DNA of 63,496 nucleotides, counting the filler, from Licmophora abbreviata (taxonomy: Eukaryota): assembly GCA_900291995.1 (NCBI GenBank). It is 12 parts of 12 records of this genome, joined end to end, with 100 filler letters (N's around TTAATTAATTAA, not from the genome) between each part and the next. Parts side by side here need not be neighbours in the genome. Positions count along the whole stretch, not along the records: positions 10,643 to 19,280 come from OLMU01000151.1; positions 19,381 to 28,977 come from OLMU01000152.1; 10 more parts are not named here. One strand, given 5' to 3'. This document shows, piece after piece, positions 13,893 through 25,289 of this stretch (its first letter is position 1; every line of letters starts with the position of its first letter). Under the pieces are notes generated by a model. It did not search any database. It was not told the DNA's origin and saw only the letters and a program-made list of their open reading frames with translations. The translations under genes and the position numbers were made by a program.

Positions 13893-14531
13893 GGACACTA
13901 GGTCGATTGGGTACACTGTACACGTTGCACGTATCCTCGATCGGATTCATCAGGATGATTGATCAGCGGTAGGCAGGCTACAGACTTCTCGCCTTCAAGA
14001 TTTAGCTGCCTTGTGCATGACGGAGGATGGGATCGCATGTAGTCTAGATGCGGATATTCTTCCCGACAACAAAGCAATAGAACTAAAAATAATCAGTATA
14101 TCCTCTGCAGACACATCAGTGTTGTGAGTTCCTGCTTGAACAGATAAAAGGAAGAAAAGGTGCTCTGTAGCTTTGACTACGGTTTAGACTATGGCGTGTC
14201 TAAGGCGGGCAACTGTGTCAATGCGTTTCTGCCAACGCGTAAAGTCCATCAGAATGAAGATACTAATCATGTGATCATCGAAGGCCAGAGCTACCATCAT
14301 CAACTACAAACCAACACATATTTTCCAAACACTGACCATGAGCGATTAAGTATATGGTTTAAACTAAACGTGCGTAGCAAACCCAAAGGACCCATCCAAC
14401 TCAGTCGGAGCAAGCTGTGATGCGAAGCCACGCCATCTTTCGAACAAAGATAATGCTTCTCAGGAGACATCAGCACAGCATTGTCAGACCCTCACTGCCA
14501 CCGCTTCCTTTTCGTCTTGGTGCATCAAACG

Positions 14532-15140
14532 CTACATGGCTCCGACGCCCTGCAGCATTTGCTCAAGCTCCCCCGTGTCATCAAGTTTGACGACACCGCC
14601 CTGTGGACCATCATTGCAGCCTCCAATAAATTCACCTCCAATCCAAATCGCGGGCACGGAAGTGCGTCCTATCATGTCGGCCATCTCAGCGCGAATCGCA
14701 TTTCCGTCCGTCTCGACGTCCAACTCCACAGTCTCGTACGTGACGCCTTTCTGGTCGAGCACCGACTTGGCCTTGAGGCAAAAGGGACACGTGGTAAAGC
14801 TCAACATCAGAACTGGTTTCTCCTCGATCAACCCATCCAGCTTTGCCCGAACGCCCTCTTTGTCATAGTCTCCGGCGATTGCTCGCACCAGCGCTTTCTT
14901 TCCCTCATTCAGCGGCGAGTTCGTGAACACGTTCTGGATTCTGTCGGCAAATTTGGCCACCATGCTTTCGGTGGGATCGTCGTTGTCGCCAGAGTTCACT
15001 GCTAAGGAAGTATCTCGTTGAAAGCAGCGACCACCGAGACTGCCTCGACTGGCGAACGCTTGAGCGGGGGTCAGCACTGGCGAACACAGAATGATCACTG
15101 CAATGCTTATTATTGCTCGTCGGCGCACCATCATCGTCAT
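14532..15140 (-). CDS. Glutaredoxin (CPFC dithiol), probably plastid-targeted
   Basis: TTCPFCLKAK, TSVPAIWIGGEFIGGC. Hydrophobic signal ending AQA-FAS. Confidence 0.88.
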   Translation of the reverse strand: MTMMVRRRAIISIAVIILCSPVLTPAQAFASRGSLGGRCFQRDTSLAVNSGDNDDPTESMVAKFADRIQNVFTNSPLNEGKKALVRAIAGDYDKEGVRAKLDGLIEEKPVLMLSFTTCPFCLKAKSVLDQKGVTYETVELDVETDGNAIRAEMADMIGRTSVPAIWIGGEFIGGCNDGPQGGVVKLDDTGELEQMLQGVGAM

Positions 15141-15889
15141 CAACGATGGCTTGCCAAAATTACATTCTCTCATTGGGTTAACTTGCGATGTCGAGTGCGT
15201 TGTACTGCGGCTGGAACAGATTGAATCGGTCAAGTAGGACCGCATTCTCATCAGAATGGTCCAGCGAATAGTGTAATGAGAGTGGTTAGATATTGACGAC
15301 AGACGAGTGCCTCATCTTCTCTCGTCGCCGATCGCGGCGTCATCTTCGAAAGCACGCCGTGTGGTGGCGTGTGGCGTCCTGGGTCTTCGCAACAGCAGAA
15401 CAGGAGACACACTTGACGTAAATTCTATGTACAGGAAAACGAATACCGAAGGGTTATATTACAATATGCAGTTACGCATGGACTTGGACGTACTAAAATA
15501 TCATGAGCTGTTTATTTCCCTTTGGAGCTCGAACCAACCTAGACGATCGAGCTTGGTCGCTCGATCCAGAGCGTCTTGACATCATGCAACAGTGGCGTAG
15601 TCGTGGAGATTCAAGTAATCTACTCTATGTAGGACTCTGCCTAACTAGCAGCTTTCCATAAATTCATAAGCCTACCGGCAGCAAATAGATACAGCAAAAC
15701 AGACTCGCCCCGCCAGATACCGACACAGCTCAACTCTCCGATTTGGAAACCTTTCAAGCGAAACCTGAGGACAGATGTTCGAACTCTACTATTCAAACAA
15801 CTGATGTAAGCAACACCCAACATGAAAAAGAAAAGGGGGTCGTCAATCTGTCCATTGTATCCTCCAGCAGAAGAACTGAAGCAGCCATC

Positions 15890-17442
15890 TTACCGGGACA
15901 ACCGGGGAGAAAAAGTTGCTGCGATTGGTAGGTGATCGGACGGCTCAGCATCGTTAGGACATGCCGTTTCACAGACAGTATCTAGAACCACCACTGGCTG
16001 AAGTGCGGCACTGCAGTACATTCGATCATAGCGCGCGGTGAACGTGCCCTTGTCAGGAAGCGGTTCGCCCATTATAGCTAGATCGTGTGCGATGCCCCAA
16101 AACTTTCCGCCAGTTAGCTCTTTCTTGTACACCTGCAGGAAACCTTCTAATGTCAATATCCCTTCTGTAGGCAGGGTTGCCAATACTTTTGGCTGATCTG
16201 TCGCCGCATGAGACACAGGATCCTTCCAACCCATCTGGCGAGCTGCCTCGCCGAACTCGCTTCCCCTTCCGACCCGTTGGTTGATATCCATAAGCCACTT
16301 TTCGACGTCATGCACGTTCATTCCCTTCGCTGATGTCTTCGGGTCTACAATACTGGCGTACGTTTCGAAACTTTTTGAAAGGCGAATGATTGCGTCACTT
16401 GAAAGTCTGGGGTCGTCAATCGTTCCCTCTTCCACCAACAAAGAGATCAACTCTTGTACAACCAACGTGGGCGGAGGGTTGCGACCAGGAACTGCTGCCA
16501 TCACGTCTTTCATGGGACTCAAGAGCGGCAATTGCTTCTTACTAGACGTCGTGCTTTCTCCGTCTTCTTTAAAAGTGGAATCCACCAAACCGTCCTCAAG
16601 ATATCGTACAGCAGCACACTCGCAACCCCCGTTAAAGTCGCCACAGATAATCAGTCGAAGAGAAGCTTCCGGCGTGTCCTCTACGTTCGATGAATAGGCG
16701 AGGCTCACTAAGCGTACAGCTACTGCAGAGCACATGAGCTTGACAGTCAAGAAATATCACGTACCTTGAAGCTTTCGCGCTAGCGTCATGACAGCTCGAA
16801 CACCCTCGTTGATTTGTCGCAATCGGCGCGGTGCCTGCTTTCCGGCTTGAAGATGGCAGTTCAATACATACCAGCTCCTATCACTTTGACTTGGAGTACT
16901 AGACACCTCAGAATCTGACGAAATCATCCGAAAGCACGTCAAAAGTGTTCGGTCTTTGTGCACAGGCTTGCTGGCAAGCTCAACTTTCGATGTCTTCCAA
17001 AACGTAGCGGGTCGAAAGCGCCCCTTGCGGAAGATCTCGACGCCGTCGTATCCCAGATCAAGCATAAATGCAAAGTCATCCTCAAACGAAGCAGGCGCTA
17101 CTTCCTGCAAGCACACAACGTCAGAGTCTATGTAAAAAAGAAAGTTGACATCTAAAGTGAGGCCAGGTCCGCGATTCAGACGATACGGAGGCGGACTCAG
17201 TACATGACAGTCGACAAACCAATCAAACCGATTCGGCTCTGGAGGAGATCTCTCCTATACTCCCACGAAGAAACATGTTGCTGAGCGTCAGTCAGGGGAG
17301 GCGAATACATTTTGAAGTTCCACCAGCCGTCAACGCTGTTGGGAAGGAGAACATTGTATGAAAGCACTGACAGAAGGTTTGGCGCGCCTCCGGGGGACAA
17401 AGGCAGAGCCGCAGGACCGACAAGATGTGTCACGGCAACCAT
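15890..17442 (-). CDS. Endonuclease/exonuclease/phosphatase (CCR4/nocturnin-like) protein, 3 exons
   Basis: VLSYNVL, VCLQEV, NCHLQAG, CGDFN, RYDRMY and PSDHLP. Introns about 17128-17219 and 16681-16764. Confidence 0.85.
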
Positions 17443-17930
17443 GCTCCATCAAAGTGCCAGGTACTTTAGGTACTGTCGTATTGTCAAGTGAGCGTTATGA
17501 GGGGAGCTATAGTGATGACATCTGATGCTCTTTTCCGATCGAAAGGAATACCAGCAATACACAGTCAATCGCCACGCGCGGTTTGTGCGTCTGATGCGAT
17601 TGTGCGCCGCCGCGGCGATGGTGCGAATTTCAAATTCGCGAATTCCAAACTTTCAAACTTTCCTGCGCGTCCATCCGCCGCCGGAAGACTAAACGTGGGC
17701 TCATCGTGGCCGTTCATTTCCGGTAAATGGCCAGACGCGAGATGAAAACCAGAAGTGCGCCGCCCAAAAGATCACTGATCACCACGACACACACAGCATC
17801 AAGGGTTCATGGACACAGCATCACACCAAACACCGCATCATCAACAAACAACGCTGGTGTACATGATACAGATACCTTGAGAGAGAATCCAGAAGAACAT
17901 CGTCCCCTTACGCTACTGTTACATTCGAAG

Positions 17931-19067
17931 ATGTCATCAACGGACTCCAAGCATGCTGGAATCGAAGCACAGGTGAGCTATGCCTTGACTCGACAAACAG
18001 AACTATTTCACCGCCTCACTCGATCGCGTCGACCTCCCGTTCACAATTCTGTTCATCAGCGCGCCAAGGTTGCCTATAACTTTACCGAAGATCTAAATCC
18101 TGGAACTAGAATCATGATTGACCTGAAACGTATCCTGTACAGTGGTGAGTCGGACTTTCAGAGGATCGATGTCATAGAGACTTACTATGGCAAAACGCTG
18201 GTGACTGATGGCAAAACGCAGAGTGCCAAGTTTGATGAGTTTGTGTACCATGAAAGTCTTGTGCACCCGGCCTTGTTTCAGTCCGCCTTACTAAGTGCTA
18301 ATTCAGAAGCGTTGCCCAAGACTGTGTTCATCGGTGGTGGAGGAGAACTCGCGACGGCTCGTGAAGTACTCCGCCACAAGTCAGTAGAAAGAGTTGTCAT
18401 GGTCGACTTGGACGAGACGGTGATTGAAGTTTGTAAGAAGTACCTGCCAGAGTGGGGAGGAGAGAAGGTGGCATCAGATCCACGTCTAGATCTCATCGTG
18501 GGCGATGCGTACAAATACCTGATGGCGACAGAAGAGACTTTTGACGTGATCGTCATGGACATTTCGGATCCCATTGAGGCAGGACCGGGGATCATGTTGT
18601 ACGTTCAGGAGTTTTATCAACATGCCATAACTCGATTGAATATGCCACATGGAGTGTTTGTCACACAGGCAGGTGTGGCCGATTCTGTGCCTCCTCCGCA
18701 CTTTGACGCTGGTTGTGAAGATACGTCATGCTATGGACCTATTCGGAATACCCTTAGCCTGGTCTTTGACTGTGCCATTCCGTATTCTTCCAATATTCCG
18801 AGCTTTGGTGGTGATTGGGGGTTTGTCATGGCGTTTCAAGCACCAGAAGGGAAGGATAAAGAAACAGCACGGAAGGAAACGCTCGCCCCACCGAATGGCC
18901 AGGTCGAAAATCTGATCGCCGCACGGATCACGGGAGGGGAATCGTCACTCGGTCACTATGATGACATTGCTCACACGTCCATGTTTGCGCTATCGAAATC
19001 ACTGCGCAGAAGCTTGGCCAGCGACAAACGAGTCATGACGAAAGAGAATCCAATCTTCATGTATTAG
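17931..19067 (+). CDS. Polyamine aminopropyltransferase, thermospermine synthase (ACL5)-like
   Basis: SDFQRIDV, DGKTQSA…YHESLVHP, FIGGGGE, VVMVDLD and VIVMDISDPIEAGP. Probable in-frame 87-nt intron 17973-18059. Confidence 0.88.
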   Translation: MSSTDSKHAGIEAQVSYALTRQTELFHRLTRSRRPPVHNSVHQRAKVAYNFTEDLNPGTRIMIDLKRILYSGESDFQRIDVIETYYGKTLVTDGKTQSAKFDEFVYHESLVHPALFQSALLSANSEALPKTVFIGGGGELATAREVLRHKSVERVVMVDLDETVIEVCKKYLPEWGGEKVASDPRLDLIVGDAYKYLMATEETFDVIVMDISDPIEAGPGIMLYVQEFYQHAITRLNMPHGVFVTQAGVADSVPPPHFDAGCEDTSCYGPIRNTLSLVFDCAIPYSSNIPSFGGDWGFVMAFQAPEGKDKETARKETLAPPNGQVENLIAARITGGESSLGHYDDIAHTSMFALSKSLRRSLASDKRVMTKENPIFMY

Positions 19068-19912
19068 CTGCGACCGAGATTGTGTCGAGAGAGAGATAGC
19101 GAAATACCGGACGCATCCTTGGGGAAGCCATTCATCTACTTTGTATCAAGTGTTCTCAACAATTGACCCAGCCACTGCTGTTACTAGAGTAATATTATCA
19201 GCATAAGTACCTTCAAAGTGTTTGAATGTCATGCGACCTACTCGAGTACGAAGTTTTCAATGATAAACATGCAGCTTCACNNNNNNNNNNNNNNNNNNNN
19301 NNNNNNNNNNNNNNNNNNNNNNNNTTAATTAATTAANNNNNNNNNNNNNNNNNNNNNNNNNNNNNNNNNNNNNNNNNNNNGAAAGCTTGAGTTGTCCACC
19401 CGTGCAAGGCTTACTAGATACGTCTAAAGTAGCGCTGCCTGGCCAGGAGAATGCGAGACACGTTGAGACCGAGTCGCCATGCTACGACCAAGACCGAGTT
19501 CGACACACCTATTGAAGTCGTATAGTATCTCTTCGAGGCTCTTTAGAGAGTCCTTGGCGTGAACTGCGAACAGATTAAATGTCTCCAGGAGAGATGGCTA
19601 CACCGAAACAAGCTTTCACCATTCCATTGTGATCCAAAGAGCTTAGGCAAACAAGAAATTTTGCTAGTAGAACGGGCGCGCCGTGCGTCTAACACCGCGG
19701 CACGAGAGAGACTGGCAGCAACTGTTCTTCTACGTGACCCTCCGTAGAATTCAGTACCACACTTTGCGCGCCAAACTTTAAAAGTGATGCAATCGCAAGA
19801 GGCGACACGGGCGCATGTGAACACTCTCGATCAACGTCGACCCTGCGAGCACGGCATAGATTCGACTGATCACCCTTGCCCATTCCTTTCTCGACACTTC
19901 TTTATTTAGCCA

Positions 19913-20488
19913 GTGATGAGCTACGAGTCCAGTGGTCCAGAGGAGTGGCCCGTGCAGGTCTTTCGCTACACATCGTCGGGCGGATGGGAGACGGTCGGCA
20001 ATGCCGACGACGTGTACAGCGATACAGCACTGATGGCAACCCCCAACGTCGGCCACATCGCTATTCCTCGCTTGAAAGCTCGTATCCTTGTAGCTCAAAA
20101 GGATAACGAGCCGAACCGCGGCGGACTTCTAGTTGGTGGTAGTCATGGATGTGTCATTCGTCGCCTGGATACTCTGTATGTGCCACTGCACACTGGTGGC
20201 GCGATCGTTCTCAAGTTTCGTAGCAAGGAGGAGTCCGTAGAGTTCTCAGATCGATTCACTACTCTGAATCCTAGGCAAGCCGACATGAGCGATGGAGAAA
20301 CTTCAGGAGCCGTCCAGAGTCGTCATGTTGACGCAGTGTCGTACGTCGTCCGCCTCCTTCACGACAAGGACTTCATGAGATTCGTGGACGGCCTCGAAGA
20401 GACGCTGAAGGATTCGGAAGATGGAGCCAGCATTGTGGCTGCCCTGCAGCACCGGGGAGGTAGTACGACCGGAACACAGAACGAATAG
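19913..20488 (+). CDS. Hypothetical protein, candidate REC114/PHS1 homologue
   Basis: Single-exon 191-aa ORF. Motifs WPVQVFRY, VIRRLDTL, IVLKF and C-terminal LLHDKDFMRFVDGLEETL resemble REC114 signatures as I recall them. Confidence 0.55.
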   Translation: MMSYESSGPEEWPVQVFRYTSSGGWETVGNADDVYSDTALMATPNVGHIAIPRLKARILVAQKDNEPNRGGLLVGGSHGCVIRRLDTLYVPLHTGGAIVLKFRSKEESVEFSDRFTTLNPRQADMSDGETSGAVQSRHVDAVSYVVRLLHDKDFMRFVDGLEETLKDSEDGASIVAALQHRGGSTTGTQNE

Positions 20489-20552
20489 GTAGGCAGTGGA
20501 AGGTACATATATAAACAAAGAGCACCCCTCTGTCTGCGACGAGGACGCATAA

Positions 20553-22190
20553 TCATCTATCTTTAGAAGATCGTTTGTTCAGGCCACGATGGTATTCGAT
20601 GTAGTATTGCAGTGCATGGTCCGTAGGCACACAGTCGATTCTTCCCTGGATGAAAATCCTGTAGGCGTCGTACGCGTAGTCTCCGCAGTGGTACAGGCTA
20701 ACAATGTCCTTCCTCGTCAGATGGAACGCCACCGTGTCACATGCCCCGCTCTCCACTTGCCGTTCATCCAACAGAGCAATCCACTCTTTGCAGAACCGGA
20801 CGAGTCCGCGCGATCTCTTGTGTCGCATGCCCGTTGGCGTCAGCACTGTCGACAAGTCAGATATGTCGGCATTCGCAAGTACTTCGGCTGTCGGCCACTT
20901 ATGCAACACGCGGTGGAGAACCACATCTACCTGATCTCGTGTTGTACGATTGAGTAGAATCGTAGACAATAACATACGCCAAGGATCATCACAGAAGAGC
21001 TCTTCGATCAACCCGAATGGCGATTTCCGACACGCCAAATTTGTCGTGATGTTTTCCAAATGGCTAGCATCTCTGGATAGAATTGGCCTCACTATTGGAT
21101 CCAGTGTCCAGGGTGTAACGTGACGCCTTCGCAAACCATCTGGGGATACGAGTTTCAATCGCTTCAAGACGCCATGCGCCCCATTGTAGCGCTGGACGAT
21201 ATACCTCATCGATGAGATTTCGACATGCATAGGTGGTGCCCACAAAAGGGTAAGGTAGGCAGCGACATGCAACTTACGGTTCCAATGGCATCGACAAAAA
21301 CAGTTTGGACAAGAGAGGGGGTGAAAGCCTGCTTTCGCTTTCGCTTACGGATCTCATGGCGCGCCATGGACTCACCGTCGTCTCCAGCCCATACGAGACA
21401 GCACCTCCAGTCTTTGAGGAACGCGTCTAAGAAAGACAGAGCGGATAGTCCATCAGATACATTACTTCAGCAGAAAGGTAACGAGTTCAGACACCTTTCT
21501 GGCCTTCCTACCTGGTGACCCTCCAGATAGCTCAGCAAGGACTCTCCGCAAGCCGTGCCACTGTCGTGTGGGCGCATAAGCGCGCAGGAAACAAGCATGG
21601 GAGCATAGATGCCTTACCGAATCAGTTATAACTTGAGTCGCCAAGTCACAGCAGGTATTAATTGTGTGAATCGGTGGACTTGCTTCATTAATCTCAGCTG
21701 CTCGTCTCCTGGTCGACTCGAAAGTGGTCTTGAAATCCTCGCAGTGCGCAAACTGATTTGCCACCTGATCCAGCAAAGGACCGCACTTTGAACAAAAAAG
21801 GTGTCGATCATACGAGCACTTGATGTCTCCTTCTAACCGTTCTGGAACCAATGACCCCAAGAAGGAAGGCATAGCTCGAATAGACCCCAGCGCAGACGAC
21901 GGCGAGTCAACAAAGTGTTGGCTCGTAGTCGCACTCGCGATTGCCTTGCTCGTCGTTGGCGACTTCTTTTGCTCGAAGAACGGGCTGCAGTCCTGTCTAG
22001 AGGCGGAGCTCATGCGACGGCTAATTTCACAATGCTGGTGAAGATCAGGCATCAGGAAGGCGGCAACATGCCTTAGCCTTTCACAGACGAGCGCAACATG
22101 GTTTGTCCGCAGCGCCGGATCAGAGTTGCCAACACTATCCGCGCGCCCGAAAATGTCATGATAGTTTGACTCGCTCGACCCACTTTTCAT
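20553..22190 (-). CDS. MBD4: MBD4-like G:T/G:U mismatch DNA glycosylase; intron 21192-21277; apparent frameshift near 21466
   Basis: SPFGLIEELFCDDPWRMLLSTILLNRT, GDYAYDAYRIF and DHAL match the MBD4 glycosylase domain. The N-terminal structure is uncertain. Confidence 0.8.
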
Positions 22191-22283
22191 GCTCCACGCG
22201 GCGGCTTTATGACGTCAGAGCCCCCGATTGCGTTGGTGCAATTTTGTTCATTTCACAGTTGATGACACAGAGAGACGACGACG

Positions 22284-23834
22284 ATGAGCAACAAGGGGAT
22301 AGAAGAGGGCCAGGACGAATGTTTGCCAGTCCCTATGATAATCCAGAATAAAAGAAGTCGAGATGAGAGAGTGAAAGAGCGGAGGAAGCGAATGAGAAGC
22401 GTAATGGTACTTTCAAGATTGATGATGGCATGCTTTGCGTTGTTTCAAATTCTATGCTGGCACACCAACGTCGGTCGTGCCTTTGCTCCCCAGTCACGAC
22501 TTTGGAGGGCTTCACAACAGGGATTTTTCCAGGTCCCCAGGTCCTCTCGCTCCATTCGAACGTATTCTCGACTTTACATGGTCAACTTCGATTCCAATGA
22601 TGCCTTTGAGATCCTGAATCTCACCCCCTCCCCCAATCTGGACAAGAAGGAAATTAAGAGAGCCTACAAGAGAATGGCGCTGAAATTCCACCCCGATGTC
22701 GTTATAAACCAGCAGAGTTCTGTTGACGAAAAGAGGAAAGCCAATGATCGATTCGCCAAAATCAATTGGGCCTACGAGACGCTCATGGGAAAGCGACAGG
22801 ACGACTCGAGGACGAAATCAGGTGCGGCCTCATCTTCATCGTCGGCGGGAGGATACACTCCGCCTCATAGACGAACGGGGAGTGCATACACTTCCAGTGG
22901 AAAAACTGACTTTTCAACCGATTGGAGAGACTACATGCCCAAGTACGACGATCAGGAGTACGATGCCGGCGGTGACTCGTGGAGTTCAATATTTGGTGAT
23001 CTGCTTACGGGTGTGGCAGGCGCAGCGGCCGATGGTGGGGGTGGGGTGTTTCGCGACTTCGTTGAGTTCTTGGAAAGTAATGTGGATGGTTATTCGACGG
23101 GCGATGACGATAATGAGCTCCGAATATTGCTGCAGACAGGAACGCTGTCTGAGGTTGCCGAGGAAATGGACGATACCGATCTGGTGGTGCAACAGCTCAT
23201 CACGAAGATATCTGGTGTTGACGAAGCGGTAGAGATTGCAAAAGCGGATTTAAAGGTCGCAACGCGTTACAGTGAAAAGATGCAACTCGACGAAAAGGTT
23301 TCTGAATTGCAGGCACGCAAGAAGATCGTTGACGGATATCTGAAGAGGGCGCGCAAACGTCTTCTGAGCCTACAGTCTCGATACAAGGAGCTCATCGTTG
23401 CAGGCGCCAATGATACACGGGGCAGGGGCAGCCCCCACTCATCTTCTACAGAGTCAGAGCCACCAAGTGCTTCCTCCTCGCCGTATCAGTCAAGTTCGAC
23501 GAGCGATTCCACCGATGCAAACGGTGATTGGAAGCACCAAGGGTTTGGATCGAGTGGACGACGAGCCAGGGGCAGTTCGCGCCGCGCAAGGCGACCGTCA
23601 TCCTCATCTTACTCAAACCAGCGCGCATCGCCGTCGACGCCAAACTCTTGGCCTTCCTCGTCTGCCTCGACCAGATCGTCATCGTCGCCGGCAAGCAGCA
23701 GCCCAGTAGCGGCGGTACCCCCTCACCGACGTTCCCCTGCAGACGTTCGCAAAGAACAAGACGACAGGCGGAGACTTAGGGAGCTCAAGGTGGACGAGGA
23801 ATTCGACCAGCTCAAGGAGGATCTTGGCCTTTAG
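22284..23834 (+). CDS. Plastid J-domain protein, CDJ2/DJC73-like (paralogue 1)
   Basis: Signal peptide followed by GRA-FAP, J-domain (AYKRMALKFHPD…FAKINWAYETL), FVEFLE motif, coiled coil and C-terminal FDQLKEDLGL. Confidence 0.82.
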   Translation: MSNKGIEEGQDECLPVPMIIQNKRSRDERVKERRKRMRSVMVLSRLMMACFALFQILCWHTNVGRAFAPQSRLWRASQQGFFQVPRSSRSIRTYSRLYMVNFDSNDAFEILNLTPSPNLDKKEIKRAYKRMALKFHPDVVINQQSSVDEKRKANDRFAKINWAYETLMGKRQDDSRTKSGAASSSSSAGGYTPPHRRTGSAYTSSGKTDFSTDWRDYMPKYDDQEYDAGGDSWSSIFGDLLTGVAGAAADGGGGVFRDFVEFLESNVDGYSTGDDDNELRILLQTGTLSEVAEEMDDTDLVVQQLITKISGVDEAVEIAKADLKVATRYSEKMQLDEKVSELQARKKIVDGYLKRARKRLLSLQSRYKELIVAGANDTRGRGSPHSSSTESEPPSASSSPYQSSSTSDSTDANGDWKHQGFGSSGRRARGSSRRARRPSSSSYSNQRASPSTPNSWPSSSASTRSSSSPASSSPVAAVPPHRRSPADVRKEQDDRRRLRELKVDEEFDQLKEDLGL

Positions 23835-25289
23835 ACGTTATCAGACTATCCCATTTCCTCAATGACAGCTTGTATTTCGGTCCTAAGATGACAACAACGA
23901 GACTACTACCGCGACGAAGGCGCCGGCTCGTCTTAAGTCTTTCGACAGGCGTCACACATGGAACGCGAAACTGAGCGCGACGATCTTTCTCAAAGGCTCG
24001 ATAAGAGGTTGCTACAACCTCGCGAGACCTTTTTAAGGCGTATCGTATGCTGTGCACGCGTCGAATCGATTGCATTTGCCGATTCGGGTCCTACACGAGG
24101 CCTCGGCCATTTTGTGTCAGTACGCCACAAAGCGTGATGGAGTATCAGTACGGGGCGTGTCGAGACGTATTTCATCTACTAAGCGAGTTTTTGACGCCTG
24201 GTCTAAACAGATGCCCTGGTCGCGCCCAATCTCTCAACCGAGCAGTCTTGTGGAGTTACAAGACAGATCATTGCCAGCTACTACAGGTCGAATATTCACC
24301 CTCGACGACTTGCTCAGCTGATTATACTGCGAGATGCGGCGTCACCTAGCATGGCATCGGCGATGAAAGGAAATTTGACGCGGGTTCTACACTTCCGGAG
24401 ACTCCTCTTGCAGCAGTGCTGCTCAGTAGCTTAACCGTTGCCGCTCCACTCCTGAGCGACAGGTAAGAGTATAGCTCTGTACTAGCTGGAGTGCTGTTAG
24501 AATACTTCAAAGCTGTCATTTCGGCAGAGGAACAGTACAGTGATACCCCATGGGTAGGATATTATCGAGAGTACCAGTAATGCCACTCTCTCCCATACTG
24601 GTACACAAGCTAACGGTACCAGGTACCAGTTTGCGTTAACACGTTAGAAATGAAAAAGCTGTTAGTTAGGCATAGGCAGACTGCTACACAGTATGCTAGA
24701 TAACTGAATCCACGACGTGGCCACTGATGCGTTGAAACTAATCGTGAGCAATGTAGATTGGTGGACGAAACATCATGATCTAATGATGTTCCGACCAGTC
24801 TCCTGCCCATGTTCGTAATGTACTGCACAGCTGGTCCCGAGTCGCTCGCCATGGGGGGATTTGCGAGTGACTACTACACACTACTCCGGAGTACTCCGAG
24901 TAGATAACAAATGTACAATGACGCCCGTGTTTGTCTTTCGACCGGGCAGGCGGGTAGTCTCTGCATTGGTTTGTCCTAACATTCATGTTCCCCAGGAGAA
25001 TCGTAGCCAGCATTCTCTTGATGTGACACATTTGTCTGCGTCTGACGTACGAAGTAGCCATCTGCATATCATCTGTTCAAACCATATATTCGTTTCTTAG
25101 AGGACGTCCGAAATGGTTCAAACCACTTAATCGCATACGTCAGAACCCGTTGAACATCGATAAGTTTAGCATAGATCTTCGCAGTAGTGACGTAGAGGCT
25201 TCCTACCATGACATACGGACTCGGCAGCCGCCGATCGATCGAGCACGAGATCTTCCGCCATCCATCAACGCAAAAGCGCTTCTCATTGA

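Noticed and set aside
23835..25289. Long intergenic stretch with short ORFs and small palindromes (e.g. tactccggagta near 24882)
   Set aside because: No recognisable protein, RNA gene or terminal repeats.
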